This document shows positions 62,451 through 64,000 of a DNA stretch of 64,000 bases, piece by piece. The notes under the pieces were generated by a model, which did not search any database, was not told the origin of the DNA, and saw only the letters and a list, made by a program, of their open reading frames with translations. How positions within the stretch are numbered: position 1 is the first letter of the stretch; each line of letters opens with the position of its first letter. The DNA is from Eledone cirrhosa (taxonomy: Eukaryota), in contig OZ024756.1 in the NCBI GenBank assembly GCA_964016885.1, forward strand, positions 43,152,001 through 43,216,000. The letters are read 5' to 3'. Position numbers and translations under genes: made by a program.

Positions 62451-64000
62451 CACACTAGAGACAGACATTGGACACACACTAGAGACAGACATTGCACACA
62501 CTAGAGACAGACATTGGACACACACTAGAGACAGACATTGGTCACACACTAGAGACAGACATTGGACACACACTAGAGACAGACATTAAACACACACACT
62601 ACACAGACATTGGACACACACTGGAGACAGACAATGGACACACACTAGAGATAGACATTGGACACACACTAGAGAGACATTGGCCACACACTAGAGACAG
62701 ACATTGGACACACACGAGAGACAGACATTGGACACACACACTAGAGACAGACATTAGACACACACACTAGAGACAGACATTGGACACACACTAGAGACAG
62801 ACATTGGACACACACTAGAGACATATATTGGACACACACTAGAGACAGACATTGGACACACACTAGAGACACACATTGGACAAACACACTAGAGACAGAC
62901 ATTGGACACACTAGAGTCAGACATTGGACACACACACTAGACAGACATTGGACACACTCTAGAGACAGACATTGGATACACATTAGAGACAGACATTGGA
63001 CACACTAGAGACAGATATTGGACACACTAGAGACAGACATTGGACACACACTAGAGGGGGACATTAGACACACACACTAAAGACAGACATTGGACACACA
63101 CTAGAGACAGACATTAGATACACACTAGAGACAGACATTGGACACACTAGAGACAGACATTGGACACACATTAGAGACAGACATTGGACACACACTAGAG
63201 ACAGACATTGGAGACACACTAGAGACAGACATTGGCCACATTAGAGACAGACATTGGACACACACTAGACACAGACATTGGACACACACTAGAGACAGGC
63301 ATTGGACACACTAGAGACAGACATTGGACACACACTAGAGACATACATTAGTCACACACTAGAGACAGACATTGGACACACACTAGAGACAGACATTGGA
63401 CACACACTAGAGACAGACATTGGTCACACACACTAGAGACAGACATTGGACATACATTAGAGACAGACATTGGACACACACTAGAGACAGACATTGGACA
63501 CACACTAGAGACAGACATTGGACACACACTAGAGACAGACATTGGTCACACACACTAGAGACAGACATTGGACACACACTAGGGACAGAGATTGGACACA
63601 CGATAGAGATAGACATTGGACACACTAGAGACAGACATTGGAAACACACTAGAGACGGACGTTGGACACACACTAGGGACAGACATTGGACACACACCAG
63701 AGACAGACATTGGACACACACTAGAGACAGACATTGGACACACTAGTGACAGACATTGGACACACACTAGAGACAGACATTGGACACCCACTAGAGACAG
63801 ACATTGGACACACACTAGAGATAGACATTGGACACACGCTAGAGACAGACATTGGACACACACTAGAGACAGACATTGGACACACACACTAGAGACAGAC
63901 ATTGGACATACATTAGAGACAGACATTGGACACACACTAGAGACAGACATTGGACACACACTAGAGACAGACATTGGACACACACTAGAGACAGACATTG

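Larger units (their letters stand above)
1..64000 (+). repeat. Tandem satellite/minisatellite array, 24-bp unit CTAGAGACAGACATTGGACACACA, about 2,650 head-to-tail copies, running off both window edges
   Basis: The unit is visible on every line from base 1 to 64000 in one orientation. Most units are 24 bp with 0-2 substitutions. There are 22, 26 and 28-bp variants from CA or GA gain/loss and rare 23-bp variants. The ORF track contains only 8-aa periodic peptides. Confidence 0.99.

Noticed and set aside
1-64000. CRISPR array
   Set aside because: The 24-bp units are directly adjacent, with no unique spacers, leader or cas genes.
1-64000. Telomerase-made long telomeric repeat (yeast-type 23-26-bp units, TG-rich strand)
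   Set aside because: The unit size is similar, but the array is far longer than such telomeres and lacks G-runs. Its variants propagate in kb-scale duplicated blocks, which points to recombination rather than templated addition. A subtelomeric location is not excluded.
1-64000. Programmed frameshift, phase-variable or TAG-readthrough giant repeat protein
   Set aside because: TAG is the only consensus stop on each strand, but TAA and TGA variants and very many unselected indels are present. No promoter, unique domain or gene context is visible.
1-64000. G-quadruplex, Z-DNA or cruciform-forming array
   Set aside because: There are essentially no repeated G3 runs, the CA tracts are only about 3-6 dinucleotides, and the only consensus palindrome is the 4-bp CTAG.
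1-64000. Pure sequencing artefact or rolling-circle concatemer of one small template
   Set aside because: Rare variants recur in ordered, hierarchical blocks with differing divergence, which random error or a single circular template would not produce. Individual duplications still need read validation.

Overview
The whole 64 kb window is one uninterrupted, single-orientation tandem array (satellite or very large minisatellite) of a 24-bp unit, consensus CTAGAGACAGACATTGGACACACA. That is about 2,650 copies by length/24, about 46% GC, with no CpG in the consensus. I see no unique sequence, gene, RNA gene, transposon, inversion or CRISPR spacer. All listed ORFs are by-products: the unit length is a multiple of 3 and four of six frames lack stops (LETDIGHT, TRDRHWTH, CVQCLSLV, VCPMSVSS), and small indels switch between those frames. 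The real information lies in the pattern of variant units. The monomer is a diverged dimer of 11/13-bp halves. The array has nested higher-order repeats (about 96-144 bp and 432-504 bp, plus kb-scale duplications at offsets of 2027, 2255, 2266, 2970, 3111, 3176, 3555, 3780 and 5637 bp), regional domains with private variants, and blocks apparently copied over 10-12 kb. The organism cannot be identified from the sequence, though a eukaryotic satellite is the most likely context. I found no supportable novel protein-coding system. Positions and counts were read by eye and from ORF-track offsets, so boundaries are approximate.
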